A DNA stretch of 63,346 bases, filler included, from Octopus bimaculoides (lineage: Eukaryota), in assembly GCF_001194135.2 (NCBI RefSeq). It is 4 parts of 4 records of this genome, joined end to end, with 100 filler letters (N's around TTAATTAATTAA, not from the genome) between each part and the next. Parts side by side here need not be neighbours in the genome. Positions count along the whole stretch, not along the records: positions 19,074 to 39,836 come from NC_068999.1; 3 more parts are not named here. One strand, given 5' to 3'. The position numbers and the translations under genes are program-made. The notes below the pieces were generated by a model, which saw only the letters and a program-made list of their open reading frames with translations, made no database searches and was not told where the DNA came from. Below are positions 23,899 through 35,984 of the stretch, in pieces; position 1 is the first letter of the stretch, and every line of letters begins with the position of its first letter.

Positions 23899-25405
23899 AT
23901 GTATGTATATGTATATGTGTATATATGTATGTGTGTATGTATGTGTATGTATGTATATGTATATGTGTATATATGTATGTGTGTATGTATGTATAGATGT
24001 ATAACTTCTATAAAATGGATATTTTTTAATGAAATTTTCTACAAATATGCTTTAGATGGTGTAGATTCTGATTATATTGGGTTATGTTGTGTAAATATTT
24101 TTCAGGAGGTGGAGAGAGGAGTTTTGGAAAATTCACACGAGAAGGCTTTCTTTACAGATAACTTTCAGAAAAATGGGTAATTTTTTGAAAGCATTTTCTG
24201 TAAGTACCTTTCAGAGAGTGTAAATTACAATTATATCGGAATTTAATATGAAAAGAATAAGTTTGTTGGGTTCGTACACATGCGTACTGACACGGGTCAC
24301 ATATACACAAAATGAAATTTGAAATTTCGAAAGAAACTGTGATGTGTAGGCAGTTGCGCAAGGGCTCAGTTATGATCTATGAACGTTGTGTCTTTTTGTC
24401 AATAAATAATACAATTGAACCCAGTGCACTGATTTGCTCAGGGGCCTATGATACTATTAAGACGGCCCTGACTTAGGGACTCAGTTAATCATGTAATTAC
24501 GAACATCTCTCTGGCGTCAAGGCTCAGAAGCAACTACTTTTGCCATCCTTTGTCTCTCCTCGCTCTCCAGTCGTCCCCACCCTATCCACTGACGCTGTTA
24601 CCCAACACCCAATCTTCAGAAAACGATACAAAGCGTATACGTGTACGCATCAACGCAGAATGAATCGGCCGTGTCATTCGACGCATGTACAAACATACGT
24701 ACTTGAGGTCTTAATTACACCCCGACTGAAGAACCCGACTGAAGAACCCGACACCCAGAATGACATCATAACAATTCAAACCCTTGACGTCGTATTTTGC
24801 AAATTTTATAACCACTTTCTAAAATGAAGTAATCGCTGTTCGGAAATCTTTCCTGGATAGCAGCAATGGTTGTGTGGATGGCTTGTGACCAAGTTTCCTC
24901 AACGATCTAACTTTGACGCTCTTTACTGAGGTTAGTGAACGTCTGCTTCAGTTGGTCGCTGCTCTAACAACCTTCTAAAACAAAAGTGGTGGGGGGGGGA
25001 ACAATCTAAAGGACGTAACTGATGGNNNNNNNNNNNNNNNNNNNNNNNNNNNNNNNNNNNNNNNNNNNNNNNNNNNNNNNNNNNNNNNNNNNNNNNNNNN
25101 NNNNNNNNNNNNNNNNNNNNNNNNNNNNNNNNNNNNNNNNNNNNNNNNNNNNNNNNNNNNNNNNNNNNNNNNNNNNNNNNNNNNNNNNNNNNNNNNNNNN
25201 NNNNNNNNNNNNNNNNNNNNNNNNNNNNNNNNNNNNNNNNNNNNNNNNNNNNNNNNNNNNNNNNNNNNNNNNNNNNNNNNNNNNNNNNNNNNNNNNNNNN
25301 NNNNNNNNNNNNNNNNNNNNNNNNNNNNNNNNNNNNNNNNNNNNNNNNNNNNNNNNNNNNNNNNNNNNNNNNNNNNNNNNNNNNNNNNNNNNNNNNNNNN
25401 NNNNC

Positions 25406-25449
<44 letters not shown>

Positions 25450-25699
25450 GCACGTTTGTGTGTGTGTGTGTGTATAAATGTATATATGAGTTAGTGTGCG
25501 TATGTTATGATTGTGTGAGTCCGTGCGTGTGTAGCGATTGTTTATATTTTGTCATAGAATAAGGCGAAAAACATTCAACATACAGCTAACAGTGAAAGAG
25601 TACATTTTAATGTATATGTGGCAACTAAGATTACAATCCTACATACTTTTGAATGCAGGTGGTCTCTCACAAACCTCGAACTGTTCCAGTTGTTATTGT

Positions 25700-26100
25700 A
25701 GCCGCCGCCGCCGCCGCTGCTGCTGCTGCTGATGATGATGATGATGATACCGACGACGACGGGATCAGAGATGGTGGTGGTGGTGTCTACGTGAGATAAT
25801 AATAATGATAGTGGTGATTAAGAAGATGGTGATGAAGATGAGGAGGAGGAGGAGGAGGAAGAGAAGAAGAAGTCAGAAGTGGAATACGACGACGACAAGG
25901 AGAAAGGGGGGAAAAGGGAAGTAGGAGGGGAGGGCAGAATAAAAGGCGACGAGAAGGGGTGGATCAAAGGCGAGGGGAGCGGATAGTGGAGGGGGAGGGG
26001 AGGAGAAGGGAGGACGATGACGACGACAACGATTATGATGATGATGATGATGAAAATGATAATGATGACGATGACAACGACAAAGGTAATGATGAAATAT
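25700..26100. repeat. Mosaic trinucleotide / purine-rich low-complexity tract
   Basis: (GCC)(GCT)(GAT)(GAC)(GAG) runs in series. Confidence 0.9.
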
Positions 26101-26334
26101 TTTAAGAAATGGTACTCTATATAATGGTGAAGTAGCGAATGGCAACAATGAACAACAGAATGGTTGGCACCTGTAGGATTAAGAAACGGATTTAGGTAAC
26201 ATGGACAGAAGGTGAAAAGTCTTTTAGCTACGTGCGATACTCCAGGTTGTTTGTGTTTCGTTGATGTTATTTCGGCCTTATATACTGCCGCCTGTCTGTC
26301 GTGCTTTGCCTCAGTTTACATCTGACCAAACTGG

Positions 26335-27030
26335 ACAGTATACTCTCTCTTCCTCTTGGAAGGGACGCATTCCACTGGCCAGGCGCTCCATTTGCTGTCA
26401 ACACCCGCTAGTGAAGGGCTGGGCATGCCGCGGCTACTGATGCGCAGATATGCACTGAGGTTACATCTCCAGCGCTTCCTTGACAATGAGCAGGCGTGGT
26501 CGCCGTTTGTCCGACAGGATTTTTCACAGCTCGTCTCTGACTGAGCTCTAGTCTTGGATCAAGCGTAGACCGAGGCAGGGCGCTGATACCTAGTATCGTC
26601 AGGTACTCACAGTCAACTGTCAGCCGGGCAAATGCGACGACGTTTTCGGGAGATTCTGGACGTCGTCGAAAATCAACTGGCTGTCTGTTCCGGAGGACTT
26701 CCAGGCCGGGGCCTATAGATAATTTCCAGAAATCCATAGTTTGGCAGTGCTACTGAGAGGCATTGTCGGTTCAGAATAAACTCTTCGGGTATGGAAGTGC
26801 CGTCAGCTGGGCTTGCCCGAGATGCGCGCAAAGCAACGAAACTGTTGTGTACGCTCTCGTCCAGTGCTGACTTGTGGGTTTATGTTGAACACCTGCTGTC
26901 ACATATAAGACAGATCCGACTATCGAATGATCCGTTGTGAAGATCGCCCCGCCACCTTCCTTTGGCTGGGTAGGGCCGACAATGTTTCTTTGCCGGGTGG
27001 TCTTAGCAAAAGAGGTTGTGTGGTGGATGA
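26335..27030 (+). mobile_element. Tx1-clade LINE ORF2 C-terminal fragment
   Basis: GLGMPRLLMRRYAL..HLQRFLD, DNFQKSIVWQCY, CPRCAQSNETV zinc knuckle, LAKEVVWW; ends at (ATT)n. Confidence 0.85.
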
Positions 27031-27031
27031 G

Positions 27032-27087
<56 letters not shown>

Positions 27088-27090
<3 letters not shown>

Positions 27091-27225
27091 GGCAGCGAGC
27101 TGGAAGAATCATTAGCGCGCTGGATGAAACGTTTTAGGGTATTTCGTCCATCGCTACGTTCTGAATTCAAATTCCGCAGAGTTCAATTCATCTCCTCTCC
27201 CAAAACTGCTGACCTTGTGGTAAAA
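27088..27225 (+). mobile_element. SINE family B with internal deletion
   Basis: ggcagcgagctggaagaatcattagc..gttctgaattcaaattccg. Confidence 0.75.
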
Positions 27226-27264
27226 TTTGTTGTTGTTGTTTTGTTGCTGTTATTATTGTTGGTG

Positions 27265-27296
<32 letters not shown>

Positions 27297-27437
27297 GCTA
27301 CTGCTGCTGATGGTGATACTGGTAGTGTGGTGCTTTCATATTTTTGGAATATGGCCCTGTTGCTATGTTACTGCAGACTCCAGCTTCAGGTAAAAAACAA
27401 TGATGGAATGTCTAACCTATTTTATTTACGTATATAC

Positions 27438-27491
<54 letters not shown>

Positions 27492-28773
27492 GGATTGAGG
27501 CTGGTAGTTAGCTGTATATAATTGTTGTTGTTACGCACACACACACACACACCCACACACACACACACACACACAAACGCAAACACACATTACGTCTCCC
27601 ATTAGTGAAGCAACATTTAACATCCAGTTATTAGCATAATGTTAAATGTTGCATTGCCAGTGGAATACATACATACATACATACATACATATGTACTGTA
27701 CGTGTGTGTGTGTGTGTATACCCACACACTTGCGTAGTGCCCGTCAAAATCGACGGTGTTCAGTAATTCAGTAATTGGTTATTCTTAATCTTTCAGCTTA
27801 AAATTTCACTCCATTTCCTTCTTGCGCTTCATTTGATTTCCTTTCACTTATTCTCTTCCTTGTTACTTCGAGCTTCTTGTTTCGTCGTATGTTTCCTGTC
27901 GTCGTTTTCACTGAATTCACGTCGGTTAATGTGTTCGTTTTCTGATAACCATCTTCTTGACTGATGGTTTCTCTATCTCGTTTAGTTAAAAAGTCAGCTT
28001 TCCGCTTCCTTGTTTTTATACTCTCACTCTCCCGCTCCTTATCAATATACCTAATCTGTTTGTCCTTATAATATTTTATTTGTCTTTTCTCACCTTTCTC
28101 AGCACAGACATTCCCTTTCCTTTCCTATTGTTGTAGCTTGCCAGAAAGTGCTTGACACCAATAAAAGTGACCCGTAACTTAACCAATTGGAGAGAGGGAG
28201 AGGGAGAAAGAGAGAGAGATTAGGAGCTTGATTATATACATCGGATTAGGACTGTTTATTTCCCACTGAAAACAACTGAACACGGGTGGAACAATTCTAG
28301 CCGGTGAATATACAAACAAGCTAAAAAGACATCATAACCAGTCACCCGAGAATTGAATATGTGAAACTAAGAATAGTGACTCACACGCAAAATCAGTTTT
28401 GAATAAAATCTATTCTGTCCTATAGTAAATTGTTGAGTACGTTTTTGTGTGATTGCATACGCTACACTGTTACTATTTATCTTAGACACACAAACACACG
28501 CGCGCACACACATGCACGCACGCACGCACACACAAACACACACACAAACATACATACATGCAGACAGACATATAGAGACAGACATTCGTTCATACATGTA
28601 AATGTGTGTATGTATCTCAAGTTCCAAATAAGAATTTGTCAGTGTTAACTACATCCTAAAGATGGAGCCTTGTATCTTTGTTGGAAACCGGTTCCCTCCT
28701 CAGTAGAAGATTTGTAATAATTAAGAAAATAGAAGAGACATACATACATAAGGCCCAATAATAATAATAATAA

Positions 28774-29145
28774 TATGATGTTTCAATACCAGCAGATGAC
28801 AACGTTTCTCTAAAAGAAATGGAAAAACTTTCAAAATACAAAGACCTGGAAATAGAGATAACTCGAATGTGGAATCTAAAAACAGAAACAATTCCTATCA
28901 TAGTAGGTGCCTTAGGTATAATAAAAAAATATTCAGACAAATACATAACAAAAACACCAGGACTTACAAATATATATAACATACAGAAAATTGCACTACT
29001 GGGTACTGCACACATTCTACGCAAAACACTTTCAATACAGTAAACATAAGAGCACCACAGCAAACCACAGCACATACCCAAGGCGCACAGAGCTGCGCTC
29101 GGTAGTGAAGTGAAAGCACGTTATAAAAATAAAACTACTGAATAA
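28774..29145 (+). mobile_element. R4/Dong-clade LINE 3' end (restriction-like endonuclease C-terminus and 3'UTR)
   Basis: DVSIPADDNVSLKEMEKLSKYKDLEIEI..W..IPIIVGALG..QKIALLGTAHILRKTL, no disruptions; 5' junction at (TAA)n. Confidence 0.85.
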
Positions 29146-29422
29146 NNNNNNNNNNNNNNNNNNNNNNNNNNNNNNNNNNNNNNNNNNNNNNNNNNNNNNN
29201 NNNNNNNNNNNNNNNNNNNNNNNNNNNNNNNNNNNNNNNNNNNNNNNNNNNNNNNNNNNNNNNNNNNNNNNNNNNNNNNNNNNNNNNNNNNNNNNNNNNN
29301 NNNNNNNNNNNNNNNNNNNNNNNNNNNNNNNNNNNNNNNNNNNNNNNNNNNNNNNNNNNNNNNNNNNNNNNNNNNNNNNNNNNNNNNNNNNNNNNNNNNN
29401 NNNNNNNNNNNNNNNNNNNNNN

Positions 29423-29665
29423 CGGAAGAAATGCTGCTAAGTATTTTTGCCGACGCATTAAAACAATTCTGCCAGCTCGCCGCCTAATCCTTTCTACTAA
29501 AGGTACAGGGTCTGAAATTTGGGCCGGACGGGACAAGTCAATTACATCGACTCCAGTGTATCACTGGTATTTAGTTCATGGCGGAATTTGAGCTCACACG
29601 TAAAAACTGACTAAATCTTGCTTAGCATTTTCCCCCGGCGTGCTAACAATTCTGCCAGCTTGCCT
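29423..29665 (-). mobile_element. Two adjacent partial SINE family B copies
   Basis: Two heads (aattctgccagctcgccgcc at ~29465; aattctgccagcttgcc at ~29648). Confidence 0.75.
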
Positions 29666-30454
29666 AATAATAGTGATGGTGATGATAATGACGATGACGA
29701 TGATGATGATTTCTTTTTATAGGCCATAGGAGCGTCGGATGAAAACGATATAACAAACACGGGTTACATAAATTGAAGAGGTTTAAGATAAAATGGGGTG
29801 ATGAGGAGGAGGCTGAAGGAGGAAGCAGGAGAACGAAGGAAGAGAGTGTAACGTCCATACTTTAGGAAATTCTCTCGCGATTAAACTTCGTTTGAACTTA
29901 AACAATTTCCTTCTTCGAGAGATTTGTTTTTTTATTTCATTTGATCTAGGGGCTTTTTATCAATTTTTTTTTAGGGGTAGGGGTATTCTCTGCTCATCCT
30001 TTCCTTCCTTGTAGGACATACAGGAAAGCAAGCACAATGAAAGGCTGGCTTCACACGAACAACGATTTACTTTATCTCATTTCCTACACACACACNNNNN
30101 NNNNNGTTGCTGTCGTCTGCCGCCGCCGCCGCCGCACTCACCGTCGTCGTCGTCGTCGTCGTCGTAATTTGTTAAAATTTTTGTTGGAACGTTTTGAGGA
30201 GTGTTTCGGATACTCACGCTCTTTCAGGAAATAACGGTTATGTTTTATGAAATTTTTGAAGAGATACCTTTCAGGTGATGTAGATTTACAATTACCCCCT
30301 AATTTAAAGTAGAATTATAGTATACCTATGATAAAAAGCTTTCCGGTCGTGACGACACGGCTTATTTTACACATCAAATTGAAAGAATTGATAGAATCGT
30401 TACAGGGTGGGATGGAATAGCTCTGGTGTTTGGTTACGGTGCTATACGTTCTGG

Positions 30455-30750
30455 GGTAAGTCAATAACATCGACCCCAGCGCTCAGCTGGTACTTATTTT
30501 ATCGATCCCGAAAAGATGAAAGGCAAAGTCGACCTCGGCGGAATTTGAACTCAGAGCGTAAGGACGGACGAAACGCCGCTAAGCATTTCACCCGATGTGT
30601 TGACGATTCTGCCAGTTCAGCACATTAAAGCAATGCAAAATATTAAATGAATATTTCATGGGATCCATGGATTAATAATTTGATATAATAACGTATCTGA
30701 GGGCGGCGAGCGGCAGAATCGTTAGCGCGCCGGGCAATGTGCTTAGTGGC
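30455..30750. mobile_element. SINE family B copy (-, 30455-30620) and a separate head (+, ~30700-30750)
   Basis: Family B motifs on opposite strands. Confidence 0.75.
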
Positions 30751-30879
30751 AATTGTGCTTAGTGGAAATTGCTTAATTAAATGGAGTCGCATGAAACGAT
30801 CGTACTGCATTAACTTTGGATATCCTTGTTGCCCAATGTGNNNNNNNNNNNNNNNNNNNNNNNNNNNNNNNNNNNNTAT

Positions 30880-31990
30880 ATATATGGTGTATTTATCAGT
30901 TAGAGGGGTTTAATACCTCTAAGGGATAATTAAATCCAGAGTCGCTCCTGCTTATTACCTGGGTAGGTACAGTTTTTTGTAAGGTTGTACGGTAGCAGGG
31001 GGTTCGGTTGGTAAACCGAAGTTTACGTTATATAGGAGAAGAAAATGGATATTATAACATTGGGAAACTCGTGGTTTTCGCTGGTATGTCTTTAATTAAT
31101 TAGATAACAAAGAAGGAAGAAGCGTCCATTTTGCAGTCTGGGTCACATCAGGGACATTCATACATAAAGTGGTGGTCTCGCCAAAGATCATGAGTTTGGG
31201 TGGCCATGTTGTTATCTGCCTGCTTCAGTTTGGGAATGACGCATTGCTACGATTGTTCTTATTAAATATCCATAAGAAATAATATATATATGTATATATA
31301 AACTGTAGACAAAAAAAAAAGAAGAAAAAATTTTAACAAGGGTAAGTAAATGGGAGAGAGACATAGATAGGATGAGACCTGTGGAGGGAGGATTAGATTA
31401 TATTAAGTCTAAAGCGAGGAAAGGCTACTAGAAAAAAGAAAGAAAGGCGAAAGTGTCTGGGAAAGTTTTGAGTGGAAGCTAAATTTCCTTTGCAGACAAG
31501 GAGTTCCCCATTCCTGGCATAGTGGCTTTTGGTTTCGTCATTGGTTCGTTTATATTATCGAGTGTGATGGTTGGTTGTACTTTATGCTCCTGATATGAAA
31601 AAAAAATGGAAGACGTCAGATATAAGGGGTATTATTTTAAGTCTGTTGTTTTGAATTCAGGGTTTTAAGTTATTCATACAACGTCGGGGTATTTGTGTAT
31701 CTGAGTTTCCAAATGTTAAGAAGATAGAAGTGTGAAATTATTAAGTATGAGGTCGTATGTAAGTTTTGCGGAAATGGGAACAGAAACGTATCGGTTAAAA
31801 GGTTTCGTAGATATATGTTAAACATATCGGGTGATAGGACATAATCTGCTGGCATACCAGTTTTGTAAAATACAAATTGTTGTATAATACATGGGTTTGG
31901 CAAGCAGAAAGATATTTTGCTAGCCAGCAATTTGTGTTGTGTATGAGCTGGTGATGTAAAAGGGAGTCGAAATCAGTAGAGTAGTTGTGG
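30880..31990 (-). pseudogene. Possible degraded Penelope-like element N-terminal/RT region
   Basis: Manual translation gives KLKQADNNMAT (cf. IKQADKG) and HFLLLY (cf. FYLLPKIHK); weak, many stops. Confidence 0.35.
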
Positions 31991-32083
31991 TGGCGGAGGT
32001 GGTGGGGGGAGATGGAGGATTGCGGTCCACGGGCGACCCGGAATCTTTCTTGTTCCACAAAGAACATTTTACTGCGGAGGCCA

Positions 32084-32122
<39 letters not shown>

Positions 32123-32242
32123 ACACCACGGTGGTGCACCAGCATGACCGCAGCCACTTGGCTGAAACACATAAATAAATAAATACATACACACACTCAC
32201 TCACTCTCTCTCTTTCTCTCTCTCTTTCTTTTTCTCTGTCTT

Positions 32243-32283
<41 letters not shown>

Positions 32284-32614
32284 TACAAAATGAAAGAATC
32301 AGAGTACGTGTCTTGGTGGTGTGATTGATAGAGAGACATAGAGGAGGAAGTGAAAGAGGGAGAGAAAGAGAGAGAGAGAGAGAAAATGAGTGAAGGAGAC
32401 TGAAAAATACACCCAGCATACACAAACACACACACACACACACACATATATATACATATACACACACATGCCCAGACACTAACGCACACAGTATACCGAA
32501 CATCTAAGGACAATAATCTATTTTACTAATTTATTCAATAGTGAGACTGGGAGGGGGAGGGGAAAAGAGGAAAGGGAGGGGTGGTCCTTTCTAAACCCCC
32601 ACCTCCACGTCGCC

Positions 32615-32764
32615 CCACCGGGTGATGCTTTTATGAGAACGGCTCATTGGGGTCTGCTGCATAAACCCGTAAAGGCTTATACAGCCCACCAGGAGTGTGA
32701 GGAGGAGGAGGAGAAAGTCATGGGCTGCCACGAGCGACACACACACACTCTAGCTACGCCACCG
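32615..32764. mobile_element. Partial hAT-like MITE (same family as 34087-34249)
   Basis: Shared internal ttttatg.gaacggc..ttggggtctg and right end ctctagctacgccaccg. Confidence 0.6.
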
Positions 32765-33380
32765 GCTGTTTTGTAGAAAAGATGCTCAAACATTTTTTAA
32801 TAGCAACAAAAAACTTATTTTGTATTAGAATACCCACCATATATATATAGTTATTTTCCCTTGACATACTTATGACTATGTGTGGAGTTACCATTAATAC
32901 GCGTCCGTGATTTTTATTGTTATTTAATGTCGCATTCACTTTACAGTTTACAAAATTGTTTACAATAAAATATTCTTCGGGAATACGCCGACTGTGAAGT
33001 ATATGTTTCTGTTTGAAAACCTCGGGTTTCCAGTACTACAATTGCCTGGTTAAGACCCCATACGGGTACAGGAACAATACCGGACACCTTGTAACTAGGT
33101 TATGCTACCAACCAGTTTGATGCAGAAGGATGTTTAAGAACTCAAAGGTACATAACACAAACCCCCGCAAGCAGTAACAATAAGGTAAAGACGATTTTGA
33201 CTCCACACTAGTCTTCAGATATCTTAGTGAGTCCGTTGACTCGCACATTTCCTAGCTTCTAATCACCGTGAAAGGATGAAAGAGACTGAAAACTTTTGAA
33301 ACCAAAACCCCAGACAAACGTCATCTGTATTGAGACGTCATAAATGCAACATAAAAATTTAATTTTAAACTTCTTTGAAC

Positions 33381-33703
33381 CTGCTCGTGAAATTAACGTG
33401 CAAGTGGCTGAGCACTCCACAGACACGTGTACCCTTAACGTAGTTCTCGGGGATATTCAGCGTGACACAGTGTGACAAGGCTGACCCTTTGAATTACAGG
33501 CACAACAGAAACAGGAAGTAAGAGTGAGAGAAAGTTGTGGTTAACGAGTACAGCAGGGTTCGCCACCCCACCCCTGCTGGAGCCTCGTGGAGCTTTAGGT
33601 GTTTTCGCTCAATAAACACTCACAACGCCCGGTCTGGGGATCGAAACCGCGATCCTATGACCGTGAATCCGCTGCCCTAACCACTGGGCCATTGCGCCTC
33701 CAC
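33381..33703 (-). mobile_element. tRNA-derived SINE family D, full-length
   Basis: Head gtggaggcgcaATGGCCCAGTGGttagg (A-box) and ggtttcgatccc (B-box-like), followed by ~240 bp GC-richer body. Confidence 0.85.
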
Positions 33704-34086
33704 AGGCAACGAATTATTCATATATAATCAATTGATCAGTGTTCGAATCGATAAGAAGGACTAAATTATTGACAGCCTCATGAGTTGAAATGTTCGTTAT
33801 TTTTAGAAATTTGCGATTACATTAACTGTAACTACTTTTTGACCCCTTGGTAAACGTGGTCTAATTTTCATGGACATAAAACAACTCTTTCTTCGCTAAC
33901 AAACAATAGACGGAACGTTGAAACGATTGACTCCGCTCGCTTGCATTGTACGTAAAAACCATTTGCGTATGATTAATTGGGGCATGACTTTTATGCGTGT
34001 GTATGAGAGAGAGAGTGTGTGTGTACATGTGTTAATGACTGTGCGCGCGTATGTGTTTGTCTATGTATCAGTCTGTGTGTGTGTGT

Positions 34087-34249
34087 GAGTAGCGTAGCCA
34101 GTGGAGGGGGGCAATGGGGGCAGTTCGCTCCGGGAAACACTTTTATGGGAACGGCACTTTGGGGTCTGTTGTATAAAGCCTGCGTAGGAGTGGAGAGGAG
34201 GGTCACTCGGGGGCTGTTCCAGACGGCACACACTCTAGCGACGCCACCG
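34087..34249. mobile_element. hAT-like MITE
   Basis: Imperfect TIRs gagtagcgtagccag / ctagcgacgccaccg, of the CAGTGGCGTAGC type. Confidence 0.6.
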
Positions 34250-35530
34250 ATGTGTATTTTATTTGCTAAATTGTTAAAAATTGGGAGTTAAGACATTCTG
34301 ATTAAGAAGTTAAGAAGTATAACAAAAAAAAAAAATGTTTTCCGTCGTCCAACAGTCTTTCTAGAATAAAAGGCAGGTTTGGTCGTAAAGCGAATTTAGG
34401 AAAGTTATTACCAAATAAATCCAAAGGACCAGTTTTCGGTTATGCGACAGAGCTGACCCAGTGACTTAGCGGTTTTGCAAAAATTGACCGACAGAATAAG
34501 TACAAAACTTTAAAAAATATTGGGTTCGATTTGTTCGACTAAAAATATCTTGAAGGCGGTGCCCCAGCATGGCCGCAGTTCAATGGCTGAAGCAAGTAAA
34601 AGATAAAAGACAAGATGAAAGACGTGATCTTGTTGTTGTTGTTGCTGCTGCTGTTGTTGTTGTCGTTGTTGTTGTCGTCGTTTTGTCTTCATTATCTTTT
34701 TTCTGATCCATCCTTCATTACTTTTTTAAATCAAGAGGATGTGAAGACAACCTGGAACTTTTAGTTGCTATTTCTATAAGGTCCAAAGGGCTATGTCGAA
34801 GGTCCCTTGTTAACTAGAGTAAATTGGATTTTTTTTTTTTTTCATCATTATTGTTAATCTACACATACAATGATAAAATATTACAAAAAACATCTGTCAT
34901 TTTCATAATAAATACTGTTCAAACCGTTTCAGAGTTTTCCAAGCGAAAAGATAAGAATAAACGGCTTGAAATAAGGCTGAATCAGAATCCGACGACTGTT
35001 AAATATATCAGCAGAATAGATGTGAGAGGTCACTCTTATACAAACTTACACACACACACACACACATCTTGTTGGTGTTGAAATTCCATTGAAGAATTGG
35101 ATCTAGGTTAGAAACCGGCTTTTTCTCTATTGGCAAGAAATCTTGAAACAAAACTGTATAATGGCATACATACATACATACACACATACACACATACATA
35201 TATGCATACATACATACATACGTACATACATTCGTTCTTATATACATACGTGCATTTATGCGCACGTACAATCGCATACATACATTTATAAATACATACA
35301 TTCATATATACATTCATATATACCATACATTCATAAATACACACACAAACATAGAAACATACCCATAAATATACATACGTATACGTGTCTATATATGTGT
35401 GCTAGTACAAACACGCTATCTTAAAGATAGCATATTCGGTATTATGGTTAGTACACATTTATGTATGTGTGCGCACATGTGTGTGTGTGCGTGCGTGCAT
35501 GTATGTGTGTGTCTATGTGTCTGTGCATTT

Positions 35531-35737
35531 GAATCCAGGTAAAAAAGTAACAGAAAAAAAAGTCACGGAAAATAGTCACAGGAAAAAAGTCACCGGAAAA
35601 AATGTCGCAGGGGAAGGGATTGTCCAAGGGGGTTTTGTCCGGACCCCATAAATTAATTGTGACTTTTTTTCCTTGCCAAAATTGTGACTTAATTACCGTG
35701 ACTTTATTACCAGTCACCGTGTATTTTGCTTGGATTT
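35531..35737. mobile_element. Small fold-back/MITE-like element with inverted subterminal repeats
   Basis: Left array of AAAAAAGTCAC-like units, right array of GTGACTTT-like units. Confidence 0.6.
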
Positions 35738-35809
35738 GAGAAGACGGCTAATGGTAAATGTATTTTCATAATAGATGAACCTATGGAATAGTGAAAATCC
35801 TTGCTATGC

Positions 35810-35975
35810 CCATGCTTATATTCTTGTCTACTCTAGGCACAAGGCCCGAAATTTTGGGGGAGGACCCAGTCGATTAGATCGACCCCAGTACGCAACTTGA
35901 TCGACTAAACCCTTCAAGGCAGTGTTCCAGCATGGCCATAATCTAATGATTGAAAAAAGTAAAAGAACAAAAAAC
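35810..35975. mobile_element. SINE B tail (-) joined to SINE A tail (+)
   Basis: ctactctaggcacaaggcccgaaatttt..atcgaccccagtacgcaact followed directly by tcgactaaacccttcaaggcagtgttccagcatggcc. Confidence 0.7.
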
Positions 35976-35984
35976 AAAATGAAT

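Noticed and set aside
25873-26148. His/Pro-rich and similar low-complexity ORFs (also 5277-5645, 23201-23461)
   Set aside because: Translations of trinucleotide microsatellite mosaics with no splice or homology support.
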